Below are positions 37,381 through 47,888 of a DNA stretch of 64,000 nt, one piece after another; position 1 is the stretch's first letter, and the number at the start of each line of letters is the position of its first letter. A program made the translations under genes and the position numbers. Source of the stretch: Treponemataceae bacterium (GTDB taxonomy: Bacteria; Spirochaetota; Spirochaetia; Treponematales; Treponemataceae); the NCBI GenBank assembly GCA_045631425.1, contig JAZQUR010000105.1:13917-77916 (forward strand). Reading direction: 5' to 3'. A model generated the notes under the pieces. That model did not search any database. It saw only the letters and a list, made by a program, of their open reading frames with translations, and was not told the origin of the DNA.

Positions 37381-38328
37381 ATGAACTATCTCGGAATTGA
37401 TTTAGGTGGCACAAACATTGTTGCTGCTGTTGTAAACGCTGATTATCAGATTGTTTCTGAAGCCAAAAATCCAACTTTATGCCCACGACCTTGGCAAGAA
37501 ATCTTGGATGATATTGCAAAAACTGCTCTAGAAGCTGTAGCAAAAGCAAATCTCAAAATATCCGACTTTGCATTTGCTGGAATTGGAAGCCCAGGAATCA
37601 TCTCTGTGGAAACTGGAACCGTTATTGCCGCCGTGAACCTAGGATTTTCAAATGTTCCCCTTTCATCATACTTGTCAGAAAAACTAGGAATCCCCGTTAT
37701 CCTGGAAAATGATGCAAATGCAGCCGCCTACGGTGAATTCAAAACTGGCTTTGCCCAAAACACAAAAAACTTTGTAGCTCTTACTATTGGAACTGGAATT
37801 GGAAGTGGTGTTATCCTTGATGGAAAGATTTTCCGAGGCAGCAACGGAATCGCTGGGGAACTTGGCCACACTGTAATCAAACTAGGCGGCAGACCTTGTT
37901 CATGCGGAAGAAATGGCTGTGTTGATGTTTACGCTTCTTCCACTGGACTTATCACTACCACCAAAGAATTCATGGAATCTAACAAATCAAGTTTGATGTG
38001 GGAACTTTCTCAAAATGATATTTCAAAGGTAACCGGAATTACTGCATTTAAAGCCGCCCGCCAAGGTGATAAAACCGCCCTAGAGGTAATCGCATCTTAC
38101 ACTGAAGTACTTGCAGCTTGTATTTCAAACATCATAAACACATTCCAACCGGATACAATTACTATCGCAGGTGGAATCAGCAAAGAAGGCGATTTCTTAT
38201 TAAATCCTGTAAAATCCCTTGTGGAAAAAGAAATCTTGAAAAATCCTTCTTGCCCACAGCCTAAAATCGAAATCGCCAAACTCCAAGACAACGCGGGAGT
38301 TATCGGGGCTGCACTTTTAGGCATTTAG
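37381..38328 (+). CDS. ROK family sugar kinase (glucokinase-like)
   Basis: GIDLGGTN, ENDANAAAYGE, and the ROK zinc motif GHTVIKLGGRPCSCGRNGCVDVYAS. Confidence 0.85.
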   Translation: MNYLGIDLGGTNIVAAVVNADYQIVSEAKNPTLCPRPWQEILDDIAKTALEAVAKANLKISDFAFAGIGSPGIISVETGTVIAAVNLGFSNVPLSSYLSEKLGIPVILENDANAAAYGEFKTGFAQNTKNFVALTIGTGIGSGVILDGKIFRGSNGIAGELGHTVIKLGGRPCSCGRNGCVDVYASSTGLITTTKEFMESNKSSLMWELSQNDISKVTGITAFKAARQGDKTALEVIASYTEVLAACISNIINTFQPDTITIAGGISKEGDFLLNPVKSLVEKEILKNPSCPQPKIEIAKLQDNAGVIGAALLGI

Positions 38329-38350
38329 TTTTAGGCATTTAAACAAAAAA

Positions 38351-38405
38351 ACACCACAAGCCGACATTTTTTCAAACATCAACTTGTGGTGTCTTTCATC
38401 TTTTT
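38351..38405 (+). terminator. Rho-independent terminator after the ROK kinase gene
   Basis: 10-bp stem ACACCACAAG / CTTGTGGTGT followed by a T-rich tail. Confidence 0.6.
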
Positions 38406-38482
38406 ATCAGATTGAACTATTTATACTACATCTGAATTTGCGGTCATTGAGCCTGTCGAAATGACTCCTGCGGAAATAGCTA

Positions 38483-39076
38483 CTATTTTTTCAAGCCTTC
38501 AATAGCCAATCCGATACTTCCGTATAAATCATCTACATTTTCAGAATCCAAAATTGCCAATCTAAAAACTGTTGATTCAATCAATGAATAAATCATTTCA
38601 TTACATGCTTTTACATTAACATCTTTGAATTCACCTTTTTTAATACCATCAATCAAGATTTTTGAAAGTAGGTGACGAAGACGAATTGTTCTACGACGAA
38701 CTCTTTCTCCAGGATCTTTCCCTGTTTTTTGTAGTTGCAACAAATAAATCAAAACAACACTAAACAAACGTCGGTTTTCAACACATTTTTCAAGAATTCT
38801 GATAGTAACTCTTTTTAGAATTTCTGCTGATGTCAATGTTTCATCACACATAATTTCCACAAGACTTTTTTCTAATCCTTCTGTAAGTTGCTTAATACTC
38901 CACAAAAAGATTTCACGCTTGTTTTTGAAGTAGATGTATAGAGTTGTTCTTGTAATTCCACATTTGTCAGCAATTTTTTGGAAAGTTGCATCTTCATATC
39001 CTTCACTGATAAAAACATCTAATGCTCTATCCAAAATTTCCCTTTTTCTTTTGTCGTGTTCTACGATAATTGCCAT
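38483..39076 (-). CDS. TetR/AcrR family transcriptional regulator
   Basis: N-terminal HTH FISEGYEDATFQKIADKCGITRTTLYIYFKNK. Confidence 0.85.
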   Translation of the reverse strand: MAIIVEHDKRKREILDRALDVFISEGYEDATFQKIADKCGITRTTLYIYFKNKREIFLWSIKQLTEGLEKSLVEIMCDETLTSAEILKRVTIRILEKCVENRRLFSVVLIYLLQLQKTGKDPGERVRRRTIRLRHLLSKILIDGIKKGEFKDVNVKACNEMIYSLIESTVFRLAILDSENVDDLYGSIGLAIEGLKK

Positions 39077-39103
39077 TTTTCCTCCAAATATTCCTTGCTA
39101 ATT

Positions 39104-40255
39104 TTAATATATATAAAAACGGGTATCCAAGTTTCCACATTTAAGTGATTTTATACTTGTTGCCTTTTTACCAATAGATTCTTCAAACTTATCGTGAGAT
39201 GTGATAAATCCCATGTTCCATCCTTCAAAAGAATCAAACAAACAAGCCATATCACCATAAAGTTCTATAGCCAAATCAGAATCACCAATTCGCTCACCAT
39301 AAGGCGGATTTGATAAAATCAAACCAGTTTCATAAGGTGCTTCGATATCTTTGAAATCCGCTTGTTCAAAATCCGGACGTTGGATACGAGCATCGCTACC
39401 AATCAACTGCAAAGCACGTCCAGCTGTAACACAAGCGTGTTCTGCATTTAGTCTTGCTCTAGAAACTGCCACCGGGTCAATATCAGTTCCAGTAATGCGA
39501 GCTTCACATTCTGGGCGGATTTTCTCAGCTTCAGCCCGTTTGATTTCCAAAGCTCGTTCAGCATTGAAAATTGGTAAAGTTTCCAAAGCAAAGCGACGAC
39601 CAAATCCCGGTGCCACATTATATGCATACAAAGCAGCTTCTATGGCCAATGTTCCAGAACCACAAAATGGGTCGTGAAGTGGAGTTTTTCTTCTCCAGCA
39701 CATCATCTGCAACAAAACAGCCGCAGTTGTTTCACGAAGTGGCGCAACACCACCATCAGTTCTGTATCCACGGCGATTCAAAGGAGTTCCAGATAAATCA
39801 AGCAAAACCAAAACATTGTCATTATCAAGGTAAATACGAACTGTTGCTGTATCCCCAGTTTCTGGAAGAACATGCATTCGCCAGATTTTTCCAAGTTTAG
39901 TGTAAATCGCCTTATGTGCCATAGATTGAATACTATGTTCAGAGTTCAATTTACTTTTATATGAACGAACTTTATCGATTACAACCTTTACATCTTTCTT
40001 AAAATAATCTTGCCAATTAATTGCAACAATTCCGTCAAAAAGGGCATCAAAGTCTGTTGCTTTAAAATTACCTAATTGCAAAAAAATTCTGTCTGCACAG
40101 CGAAGACACAAATTTGAACGAAACATTCCGTCTTCATCACATGAAAACATAACACGCCCAGGAGCGCGACCTGTAGTTTTATATCCTAATAATTTGATTT
40201 CATTGGAAAGGATTTTTTCAGCCCCAATTCCACATAATGCAACAAGATTTACCAT
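39104..40255 (-). CDS. THUMP-domain class I SAM-dependent RNA methyltransferase (RlmL/COG0116-like)
   Basis: THUMP-like N-terminus, DPFCGSGT SAM motif and NPPYGERIG catalytic motif. Confidence 0.8.
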   Translation of the reverse strand: MVNLVALCGIGAEKILSNEIKLLGYKTTGRAPGRVMFSCDEDGMFRSNLCLRCADRIFLQLGNFKATDFDALFDGIVAINWQDYFKKDVKVVIDKVRSYKSKLNSEHSIQSMAHKAIYTKLGKIWRMHVLPETGDTATVRIYLDNDNVLVLLDLSGTPLNRRGYRTDGGVAPLRETTAAVLLQMMCWRRKTPLHDPFCGSGTLAIEAALYAYNVAPGFGRRFALETLPIFNAERALEIKRAEAEKIRPECEARITGTDIDPVAVSRARLNAEHACVTAGRALQLIGSDARIQRPDFEQADFKDIEAPYETGLILSNPPYGERIGDSDLAIELYGDMACLFDSFEGWNMGFITSHDKFEESIGKKATSIKSLKCGNLDTRFYIY

Positions 40256-40378
40256 AACGACACAATAACATTTTCCATAAAATTGTTCAAACTGTTTTTC
40301 AAATATTTATTAATTACTTCGATAAAATCCTTAAATCTTTTCCTTTTTAATTTGAAATTTATCCCTTATACTTAATGT

Positions 40379-41872
40379 ATGGCAAAAAAATACGTTATCG
40401 CCCTTGATCAGGGAACCACATCTTCACGAGCAATTATTTATGATAAAAATGCTCATCCTCTTGGTAGTGCTCAAAAAGAGTTCACACAGTATTATCCAGA
40501 ACCGGGCTGGGTTGAACATGACGCCGAAGAAATCTTCAAAAGTCAACTTAGCGTTATGCAGTCTGTTATTATCAACAATGACATCAAAATGGATGAAATC
40601 GCTGCTATCGGAATAACAAATCAGCGTGAAACCGTTGTCCTCTGGGATAAAGAAACTGGAAAACCTGTGTACAACGCTATAGTTTGGCAATGTCGTCGAA
40701 CAGCTCCTCTTTGCGAAAAATTGATTTCAGATGGTTACGAAGACATTATCCGAGAAAAAACTGGTTTAAAAATCGACGCTTATTTTTCTGGTACAAAAAT
40801 CAAGTGGATTTTGGATAATGTTCCAGGTCTTAGGGAAAGAGCCGAAAGAGGCGAGATTCTTGCAGGAACTATTGATACTTGGCTTATCTGGAAACTTTCA
40901 GGTGGTTCTGTTCACGCCACAGACGTAACAAATGCAAGCCGTACAATGCTTTTTAATATCTATTCTCTTGATTGGGATTTAGACTTGCTAAAACTTTTAG
41001 ATGTTCCACGTTGCATTTTGCCAGAAGTAAAAGATTCTTCTTGTGTTTTCTGTACCACAGACGCTGATGTTTGTGGATTTTCCGTGCCTATCGCCTCAGC
41101 CATCGGTGACCAACAGTCTGCACTTTTCGGACAAGGCTGTTTCAAAAAAGGTGATGCAAAAAACACTTACGGAACCGGCTGTTTTATGCTGATGAATACA
41201 GGCAATTCCCCAGTTGTTTCTAAACAACTTTTAACAACTATCGCCCTAGGAATGAAAGGCGAAGTTCAGTACGCCCTAGAAGGTAGCGTTTTCATAGGCG
41301 GCGCTGTTATAAAATGGCTTCGTGATGAACTTGAACTTATTTCAACTGCACCAGAAGTTGACCGCCTAGCCGAATCAGTTCCCGACACAAATGGCGCATA
41401 CCTTGTACCAGCCTTTGTTGGACTTGGCACTCCTTACTGGGATATGTACGCTCGTGGCACCATCGTTGGCCTTACTCGTGGGGTAAAAAAAGCCCACATT
41501 TGTCGAGCTGCACTAGAAGGAATCGCTTACCAAGTAAAAGACGTTCTAGAAACAATGATAAAAGACTCTGGAACTCCAATTAATTCCCTAAATGTTGATG
41601 GTGGTGCTTGTGTTTCAAACATTATGATGCAATTCCAAGCAGACATTCTTAACACAAAGGTACATCGTCCAAAAAACGTAGAAACTACTGCATTGGGAGC
41701 AGCCTATCTCGCTGGTCTTGCAACTGGTTTCTGGAAGTCAAAAGAGGAAATCATCAACCGAAGAGAAACTGATAAACTTTTTGAACCAGACATGACAGAA
41801 GAAAAGCGAACAGCTTTGTGCGATGGCTGGAAAAAAGCAGTTCAGCGTTCTCTAAATTGGGAAGAATCCTAA
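40379..41872 (+). CDS. glpK: Glycerol kinase
   Basis: [28 protein letters not shown] and NTYGTGCF motifs. Confidence 0.95.
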   Translation: MAKKYVIALDQGTTSSRAIIYDKNAHPLGSAQKEFTQYYPEPGWVEHDAEEIFKSQLSVMQSVIINNDIKMDEIAAIGITNQRETVVLWDKETGKPVYNAIVWQCRRTAPLCEKLISDGYEDIIREKTGLKIDAYFSGTKIKWILDNVPGLRERAERGEILAGTIDTWLIWKLSGGSVHATDVTNASRTMLFNIYSLDWDLDLLKLLDVPRCILPEVKDSSCVFCTTDADVCGFSVPIASAIGDQQSALFGQGCFKKGDAKNTYGTGCFMLMNTGNSPVVSKQLLTTIALGMKGEVQYALEGSVFIGGAVIKWLRDELELISTAPEVDRLAESVPDTNGAYLVPAFVGLGTPYWDMYARGTIVGLTRGVKKAHICRAALEGIAYQVKDVLETMIKDSGTPINSLNVDGGACVSNIMMQFQADILNTKVHRPKNVETTALGAAYLAGLATGFWKSKEEIINRRETDKLFEPDMTEEKRTALCDGWKKAVQRSLNWEES

Positions 41873-41911
41873 AATCATCAAAAAAGTGAATTGCTAATTT
41901 TTGGAGGAAAA

Positions 41912-43363
41912 ATGATTTACGACGTTACAATTATCGGAGCTGGAATAGTTGGAGCTTCTATTGCAAGAGAATTGTCTAGATATAATCTAAAAATCGCCAT
42001 TGTAGAGCAAAACTCAGATGTATCAACTGGCACTTCAAAAGCAAATTCTGGAATCGTTCATAGTGGCTACGATCCAGAGCCAACTTCTTTGATGGCAAAA
42101 CTCAATGTGGAAGGCTCAAAGCTTTACCCAAAATGGGCAGAAGAACTACACTTTGACTACAAAAACATTGGTTCCCTTGTTATTGCATTTTCAGATGAAG
42201 ACTTAAAGCACATAGAAACATTATTTCAGCGTGGTAAAGAAAATGGCGTTGAAAATATGAAATTGCTTTCAAAAGAAGAACTTTTAGAAATCGAACCAAA
42301 TATCAATCCAGAAGCTGTGGGCGCCCTACTTGCAGAAACTGCTGGAATTATCTCCCCATATCAAGCGACTTGGGCCATTGCAGAAAACGCTGTGGAAAAC
42401 GGCGCAAAAATCTTCCTAGAAACAAAAGTGCATAACATCACCAAAACTGATAATTGGATTGTTCACACTGGAAAAGGCGATATTGAAACTCACTATTTGA
42501 TAAATGCGGCTGGTCTTTTTGCAGACAAAATCAGCAAAATGGCTGGTGCTCGAAATTTTGTGATAAAACCAAGAAAAGGCGAATACTTTTTGTTGGATAA
42601 CAATGTTGGTAACTTGTGCAAACACACAATCTTCCAAACACCAGATGCTTTTGGAAAAGGTGTTCTTGTTACCCCAACTGTAGACGGAAATATTTTGGTT
42701 GGCCCAAGTGCAGAAGATTCCCAAGACAAAACCGACACATCTACAAGTCGTCCTTTCCAAGATTTGATAATGGACAAAGCCGAAAAATCTATCCCAAATA
42801 TCCCACGTCGAAACATTATCAATTCTTTTGCAGGAGTTAGAGCCATTCCTTACGATGAAGAAACTGGTAATAAAATATCAGATTTTATCATTGAAGAAGA
42901 TGCAAATCAAAAAGGCTTTATCAATGTAGCAGGAATTTGTTCCCCAGGATTAACAGCAGCACCAGCCATCGGGAAATACGTTGCTGAACTTCTCAAAAAA
43001 TCTGGCCTAAATCTTTCCGAAAACAAAGATTTCATCCCAATAAGAAAAGGCATAGACAACTTTTTCACAGCAACACCTGAAAAACAACAGCAACTCATCG
43101 AAGAAAATCCACTTTACGGAAGAATCATCTGTCGCTGTGAAATGATAACAGAAGCTGAAATCGTAAAAGCCATTCACTCTACAATCGGAGCAAAAGATTT
43201 AGACGGCATAAAACGCCGCGTTCGTGCCGGAATGGGAAGATGTCAAAGTGGTTTTTGCTCTCCAAAAATCACTGCAATTCTAAGTCGAGAACTAAATATC
43301 CCTCTAACATCTGTTACAAAAATGGGTGGAAGTTCTTATATCCTAAACACACAAACAAGATGA
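41912..43363 (+). CDS. FAD-dependent oxidoreductase with a C-terminal BFD-like [2Fe-2S] domain (glycerol-3-phosphate dehydrogenase/oxidase-like)
   Basis: YDVTIIGAGIVGASIA dinucleotide fold. ICRCEMITEAEI...GMGRCQSGFC BFD-like motif. Start is at the ATG after GGAGG. Confidence 0.8.
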   Translation: MIYDVTIIGAGIVGASIARELSRYNLKIAIVEQNSDVSTGTSKANSGIVHSGYDPEPTSLMAKLNVEGSKLYPKWAEELHFDYKNIGSLVIAFSDEDLKHIETLFQRGKENGVENMKLLSKEELLEIEPNINPEAVGALLAETAGIISPYQATWAIAENAVENGAKIFLETKVHNITKTDNWIVHTGKGDIETHYLINAAGLFADKISKMAGARNFVIKPRKGEYFLLDNNVGNLCKHTIFQTPDAFGKGVLVTPTVDGNILVGPSAEDSQDKTDTSTSRPFQDLIMDKAEKSIPNIPRRNIINSFAGVRAIPYDEETGNKISDFIIEEDANQKGFINVAGICSPGLTAAPAIGKYVAELLKKSGLNLSENKDFIPIRKGIDNFFTATPEKQQQLIEENPLYGRIICRCEMITEAEIVKAIHSTIGAKDLDGIKRRVRAGMGRCQSGFCSPKITAILSRELNIPLTSVTKMGGSSYILNTQTR

Positions 43364-43370
43364 GGCAAAT

Positions 43371-44687
43371 ATGAATACTGTAAATTATGATATTGTAATT
43401 ATCGGTGGAGGACCAGCCGGTCTTGCTGCTGCAATAGAAGCAAAAAAAACTGGAACTGATAAAATCCTCATTTTAGAAAGAGATACACGCCTTGGTGGTA
43501 TTCTTCTTCAGTGTATTCACAACGGATTTGGATTGCATCACTTTGGGGAAGAACTAACTGGTCCAGAATACGCCCACAGATTTGTTGAAGAAGCAAAATC
43601 ACTTGGAATTGATTACAAAGTTGATACTATGGTTTTAGATATTTCCACATTTCCTGTGGAAAACTCAGACACACCTGTTCATGTTGTAAATGCTATTAAC
43701 ACAAAAGACGGGATTTTATCCATTCAAACAAAAGCTATTGTTCTCGCTATGGGATGTCGCGAAAGAACTCGTGGCGCCTTGGTTATTCCTGGAACTCGTC
43801 CAGCAGGTATTTTTACAGCAGGTTCTGTTCAACGATTTGTAAACATTGACGGATATCTTCCTGGAAAAAAAGTTGTTATCCTAGGTTCTGGGGATATTGG
43901 GCTGATTATGGCTCGTCGTCTTACTTTAGAAGGCGCTGATGTAAAACTTGTTTGCGAAGTTATGCCATTTTCTGCAGGTCTTACCCGAAACATTATCCAA
44001 TGTGTAGAAAATTTTAACATCCCACTAAAATTTAGCCATACAATTACAGAAATCCACGGAAAAGAAAGGGTAGAAGGCGTTACCGTTTCCCAAGTTGATA
44101 AATACAGAAAACCAATTCCAGGAACTGAAGAATTTATCCCTTGTGACACACTGCTTTTATCAGTTGGGCTTATCCCCGAAAACGAAATTTCTACAAAATG
44201 CGGTGTTGCAACTGATTCTGCAACTTCAGGTCCTATCGTTAATCAAAATATGGAAACCTCAATCAAAGGTATTTTCGCTTGTGGCAACACAGTTCATGTC
44301 CACGACCTTGTAGACTTTGTTACAGCAGAAAGCCTTACCGCAGGAAAGAGCGCTAGTCTTTACGTGCAGGGCAAAAACCCAGCAAATACTCGAAATGTAA
44401 CCTTACGTGCAGGAAATCGCGTTCGATACACAGTTCCACAACATTTGGACTTACCAATAAATCAGGAAGAAACACAAGACAAGCTTAAAATCATGTTCCG
44501 TTCCACAGACGTTTATCGTGATGTGCAAATTGTGGTTTACTCCGAAACCCAACGAATAAAAGCCCAAAAGAAAAAGATTATTCGTCCGGGAGAAATGCAA
44601 GTTGTTGAACTAAACCAAAGCCAAATCAATATGATAAAAGGCAATATTACCGTAACCATCGAGCTACCAGAGGAGGATGTAGAATAA
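43371..44687 (+). CDS. NAD(P)/FAD-dependent pyridine nucleotide-disulfide oxidoreductase family protein
   Basis: YDIVIIGGGPAGLAAA and a second GSGDIGLIMARRL Rossmann motif. Confidence 0.8.
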   Translation: MNTVNYDIVIIGGGPAGLAAAIEAKKTGTDKILILERDTRLGGILLQCIHNGFGLHHFGEELTGPEYAHRFVEEAKSLGIDYKVDTMVLDISTFPVENSDTPVHVVNAINTKDGILSIQTKAIVLAMGCRERTRGALVIPGTRPAGIFTAGSVQRFVNIDGYLPGKKVVILGSGDIGLIMARRLTLEGADVKLVCEVMPFSAGLTRNIIQCVENFNIPLKFSHTITEIHGKERVEGVTVSQVDKYRKPIPGTEEFIPCDTLLLSVGLIPENEISTKCGVATDSATSGPIVNQNMETSIKGIFACGNTVHVHDLVDFVTAESLTAGKSASLYVQGKNPANTRNVTLRAGNRVRYTVPQHLDLPINQEETQDKLKIMFRSTDVYRDVQIVVYSETQRIKAQKKKIIRPGEMQVVELNQSQINMIKGNITVTIELPEEDVE

Positions 44688-45061
44688 TGACTGAAAAAAT
44701 CACTCAAACTTGTATCATTTGTCCAATGGGATGCAACATGGAAGTTACTTTGGACAGAGAAAAGGGAATTGTGGAAAATGTTTTGGACAATGGCTGTCCA
44801 CGTGGTGCAAAATACGCAGAAAAAGAACTTCTAAATCCAACTAGAACGCTTACCACCACTATAAAAGTTCTACAAGGAAACTTAGCTGTTGTTCCAGTAA
44901 AATCAAAAGATGAGCTACCCAAAGATAAACTTCTTCAATACATGGAAGTTATTCGCAGAACTTCTGTAAAAGCCCCTATCAAAGTAGGTGATATTTTGAT
45001 AAAAGACATTCTCGGTTCTGGAATCGATATTGTGGCTTGTGCTGATGTAGAGAGAGACTAA
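44687..45061 (+). CDS. DUF1667-like small Cys-containing protein
   Basis: CIICPMGC...NGCPRG pattern. About 124 aa, start-overlapped with the preceding oxidoreductase. This is the third member of a trio I recall as recurrent next to glpK. Confidence 0.6.
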   Translation: MTEKITQTCIICPMGCNMEVTLDREKGIVENVLDNGCPRGAKYAEKELLNPTRTLTTTIKVLQGNLAVVPVKSKDELPKDKLLQYMEVIRRTSVKAPIKVGDILIKDILGSGIDIVACADVERD

Positions 45062-45156
45062 AAAAGTTTCTCCTAAAAGACTTTTTTTCTACACGAATTA
45101 CTATTCTTTTTGTATTTTCAGTGTATATAAAAAAACTTTTCTTTTAGGAGAACATT

Positions 45157-45858
45157 ATGAAAAAGTTATTATCAGTCCTACTAATTCTTGCTTTAGGATT
45201 AGTAGTTTATGCCCAAGACTACGACTATGGCGTAAATGACGAAATTCCATCACAAGACTTTACATTGTTTTATGTTGGAGCAGAAATTGGTGCTAGTACA
45301 ATTAACAATCTAGCAATCAACGATGGAAGTGGTTTCGCTTTCTCTATTTCCCCACTTATTGGTGGTGAAATTAGCCCAGTTCTAGGTATTCGCCCATTTA
45401 GTAACACAAATATGGCGGTAGAAATCAATGTCTTAGTAGATAACCTAGATTATATCGCCTTTAACGCTGGGATAAATAATTCTGATGTAAAGTTTACTTC
45501 TGAAATTATTAGCCCACAAATTTTGGCAATTTACACTTTCGGTGGTGGACACATTAGACCATTCTCAGGATTGGGATTCGGCGCAAACTTTAACTCACTT
45601 TTAGTTGAAGCAAAAACCCTTGATACAGACGGCTCTCTAAAAACAGAAACCACAACTTATGACATTAACACATCTTTCAGTATGGTCTTAAAATCTGGTG
45701 TAAAATTCAGCATTCCTAGAACAAACTTTGATCTTTACGCCTTTGGCCGCTATAACGTGAACTTCCCAACAAAAATCACTTACAACAATCAAAGCGTAGA
45801 ATCTTTGATGAACTCATCAAATCTTTCTGTAGCAGTAGGTGCAGTATTTAACTTCTAG
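45157..45858 (+). CDS. Outer-membrane beta-barrel protein
   Basis: Signal peptide, alternating amphipathic strands, C-terminal ...AVGAVFNF. Confidence 0.65.
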   Translation: MKKLLSVLLILALGLVVYAQDYDYGVNDEIPSQDFTLFYVGAEIGASTINNLAINDGSGFAFSISPLIGGEISPVLGIRPFSNTNMAVEINVLVDNLDYIAFNAGINNSDVKFTSEIISPQILAIYTFGGGHIRPFSGLGFGANFNSLLVEAKTLDTDGSLKTETTTYDINTSFSMVLKSGVKFSIPRTNFDLYAFGRYNVNFPTKITYNNQSVESLMNSSNLSVAVGAVFNF

Positions 45859-45885
45859 TTGATTTCTAACCAAATTAACAAACTT

Positions 45886-45938
45886 AGGTTGCCTAACTTT
45901 CTTATCTTTTTTGAAGATTTTTAGGCAACCTTTTTTTT
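45886..45938 (+). terminator. Rho-independent terminator
   Basis: 11-bp stem AGGTTGCCTAA / TTAGGCAACCT followed by a T8 run. Confidence 0.75.
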
Positions 45939-45985
45939 ATCTTTTTCCCGATCAAAACCCGCTTTCAATCCCCACAAATACAAAA

Positions 45986-46030
45986 GGATATTTCACTTAA
46001 ACCCTCCAATAATTGTAGAACCGAAATAAA
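45986..46030 (+). repeat. Partial/deleted copy C of the 73-bp repeat
   Basis: TTTCACTTAAACCCT (45991-46005) is identical to copies A and B. ATTGTAGAACCGAAATAAA (46012-46030) matches 20769-20787 at 18/19. The left hairpin arm and the IS target are missing. Confidence 0.6.
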
Positions 46031-46043
46031 TTCCTTCATTAAC

Positions 46044-46073
46044 TTGATATTTGTATCAATAGTTTGATATAAT
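46044..46073 (+). promoter_or_regulatory. Putative sigma70 promoter of pheT (TTGATA-18-TATAAT)
   Basis: TTGATA at 46044-46049 and TATAAT at 46068-46073, 36 nt upstream of the ATG. Confidence 0.5.
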
Positions 46074-46109
46074 TGATTATCTTGTTTTAATGAATTTAAG
46101 AGGATAAAA

Positions 46110-47834
46110 ATGCCTAAAATTGAAGTAAATGAAAAGTTATTTTTTAACTTACTAGAAACAAAATATGACTATGACACACTAGAAGAAAAACTCACTTGTG
46201 CAAAAGCTGAATTAGACGAAAAAGCTGATGAAGCTCTTCCTGAAAATGAACGCACAATCAAAATTGAGTTAAACGATACAAACCGCCCAGACCTTTGGTC
46301 AACAGCTGGTGTTGCACGCCAACTTCGCCAAAAAAATGGTGGAACAACTGCTGATTACAGCAAATTCCTTTCATCAAAAGGTAATCTAAAAGACTACGGA
46401 AATCGCGTTGTAAACGTTGAACCAGGACTAGAAGAAGTTCGTCCATACATGACAGCTTTCGTTATTTCTGGAAAACCAATCGACGAACCAATGCTTCTTG
46501 ATATTATCCAAACTCAAGAAAAACTTTGCTGGAACTACGGAAGAAAACGCCGCTCAATTTCTATGGGTGTTTACCGTTCAGCTCAAATTGAATGGCCAGT
46601 TAAATATCACCCTGTAGATCCAGATAAAACATCTTTTGTGCCACTTGCATATGAAGAAAAAATGACTTGTCGTCAAATTCTTACAGACCATCCAAAAGGA
46701 AAAGAATTCGGTTGGATTCTAAAAGACGCAAAAGTTTTCCCTCTATTGTCTGATGCAAAGGGCGAAACAATGTCTATGGCACCAATTATCAACAGTGCAA
46801 CATTAGGTGCTGTTCAAGTTGGGGACAAAGACCTTATGGTAGAAATGACAGGTACAGATATGCCAGGTCTTCTACTTGCTACAATGATTGTTGCTTGTGA
46901 CTTCGCTGATGCTGGTTACGAAATCTTACCAGTTTGTGTAAAACACCCTTATGATACAGGATTTGGTAAAGAAATCGTTACTCCATATTATTTCCAAGAC
47001 ACAACAAAAGCATCTCTAAATGCTATCAACAAACGTCTTGGTTCATCTCTTACTGCAGAAGAAGCTGTAAAAGCTATCAACTTGATGGGAAGCACAGCTA
47101 CAACTGAAGCAAAAGGCGATGACACAATTATTACAGTAACTCCACCACCTTACAGAAATGACTTCCTACACGAAGTTGACGTTGCAGAAGACGTTATGTG
47201 TGGTATGGATTTATCATTCTTCGGACCAGAACGTCCACGTGACTTCACAATCGGACGTCTACTACCTGTAACACTTTTAAGCCGAAAAACAAAAGAGCTT
47301 ATGGTTGGTATGGGCTACCAAGAAATGATTTTCAACTACCTAGGTTCAAAAAAAGATTATATCGATAATATGTGTATCGAAGGTAACGACGTTATTGAAA
47401 TCTCAAACCCAATGAGTGAAAACTATCAGTTTGTACGCCCTTCTATCATTCCATCATTGTTGAATGCTGAAGCTGGTTCTGCAAACGCTGTTTATCCTCA
47501 CAAAATCTTTGAAACTGGTAAAATCGCTTTCTTGTGTGAAGAAGAAAACACAGGAACTCGCACACGCCAAAATCTAGGATTTGTAACAGCTGCTGCTGAT
47601 ACAAACTTTAACACAGTTGCTTCAGAAGTTGCCACATTGCTTCACTTCTTAGACTACGAATACAACGTTGCAGAAGCTGAGGATCCACGTTTTATCCCTG
47701 GACGCCAAGCAAAAATCCTAAAAGATGGAAAAGCAATCGGTATTTTCGGAGAAATCCACCCACAAGTTTTGGAAAACTGGCAAATCACAGTGCCTTGTAC
47801 AGCTTGTGAACTAGATTTAGAAGAACTTCTATAA
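46110..47834 (+). CDS. pheT: Phenylalanine--tRNA ligase beta subunit, archaeal/eukaryal-like type
   Basis: 574 aa, with no bacterial-type N-terminal tRNA-binding/B1 architecture (bacterial PheT is ~800 aa). Has a B3/4-like and a B5-like region (NRPDLWS, YRNDFLHEVDVAEDV). No pheS is adjacent. Confidence 0.85.
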   Translation: MPKIEVNEKLFFNLLETKYDYDTLEEKLTCAKAELDEKADEALPENERTIKIELNDTNRPDLWSTAGVARQLRQKNGGTTADYSKFLSSKGNLKDYGNRVVNVEPGLEEVRPYMTAFVISGKPIDEPMLLDIIQTQEKLCWNYGRKRRSISMGVYRSAQIEWPVKYHPVDPDKTSFVPLAYEEKMTCRQILTDHPKGKEFGWILKDAKVFPLLSDAKGETMSMAPIINSATLGAVQVGDKDLMVEMTGTDMPGLLLATMIVACDFADAGYEILPVCVKHPYDTGFGKEIVTPYYFQDTTKASLNAINKRLGSSLTAEEAVKAINLMGSTATTEAKGDDTIITVTPPPYRNDFLHEVDVAEDVMCGMDLSFFGPERPRDFTIGRLLPVTLLSRKTKELMVGMGYQEMIFNYLGSKKDYIDNMCIEGNDVIEISNPMSENYQFVRPSIIPSLLNAEAGSANAVYPHKIFETGKIAFLCEEENTGTRTRQNLGFVTAAADTNFNTVASEVATLLHFLDYEYNVAEAEDPRFIPGRQAKILKDGKAIGIFGEIHPQVLENWQITVPCTACELDLEELL

Positions 47835-47840
47835 TTGATA

Positions 47841-47875
47841 AAAGCCCTTTACCTTTACGGTTTAGGGCTTTTTTG
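47841..47875 (+). terminator. Rho-independent terminator after pheT
   Basis: Stem AAAGCCCT / AGGGCTTT followed by a T-run. It lies inside the N-terminal extension proposed by the ORF track for the next gene. Confidence 0.65.
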
Positions 47876-47888
47876 TTATGCTAACCAA

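Noticed and set aside
38440-38480. Short palindrome GTCATTGAGCCTGTCGAAATGAC downstream of the TetR gene, considered as another dispersed repeat
   Set aside because: Only one copy occurs in the window, and it is adequately explained as a terminator-like hairpin for the convergent genes.
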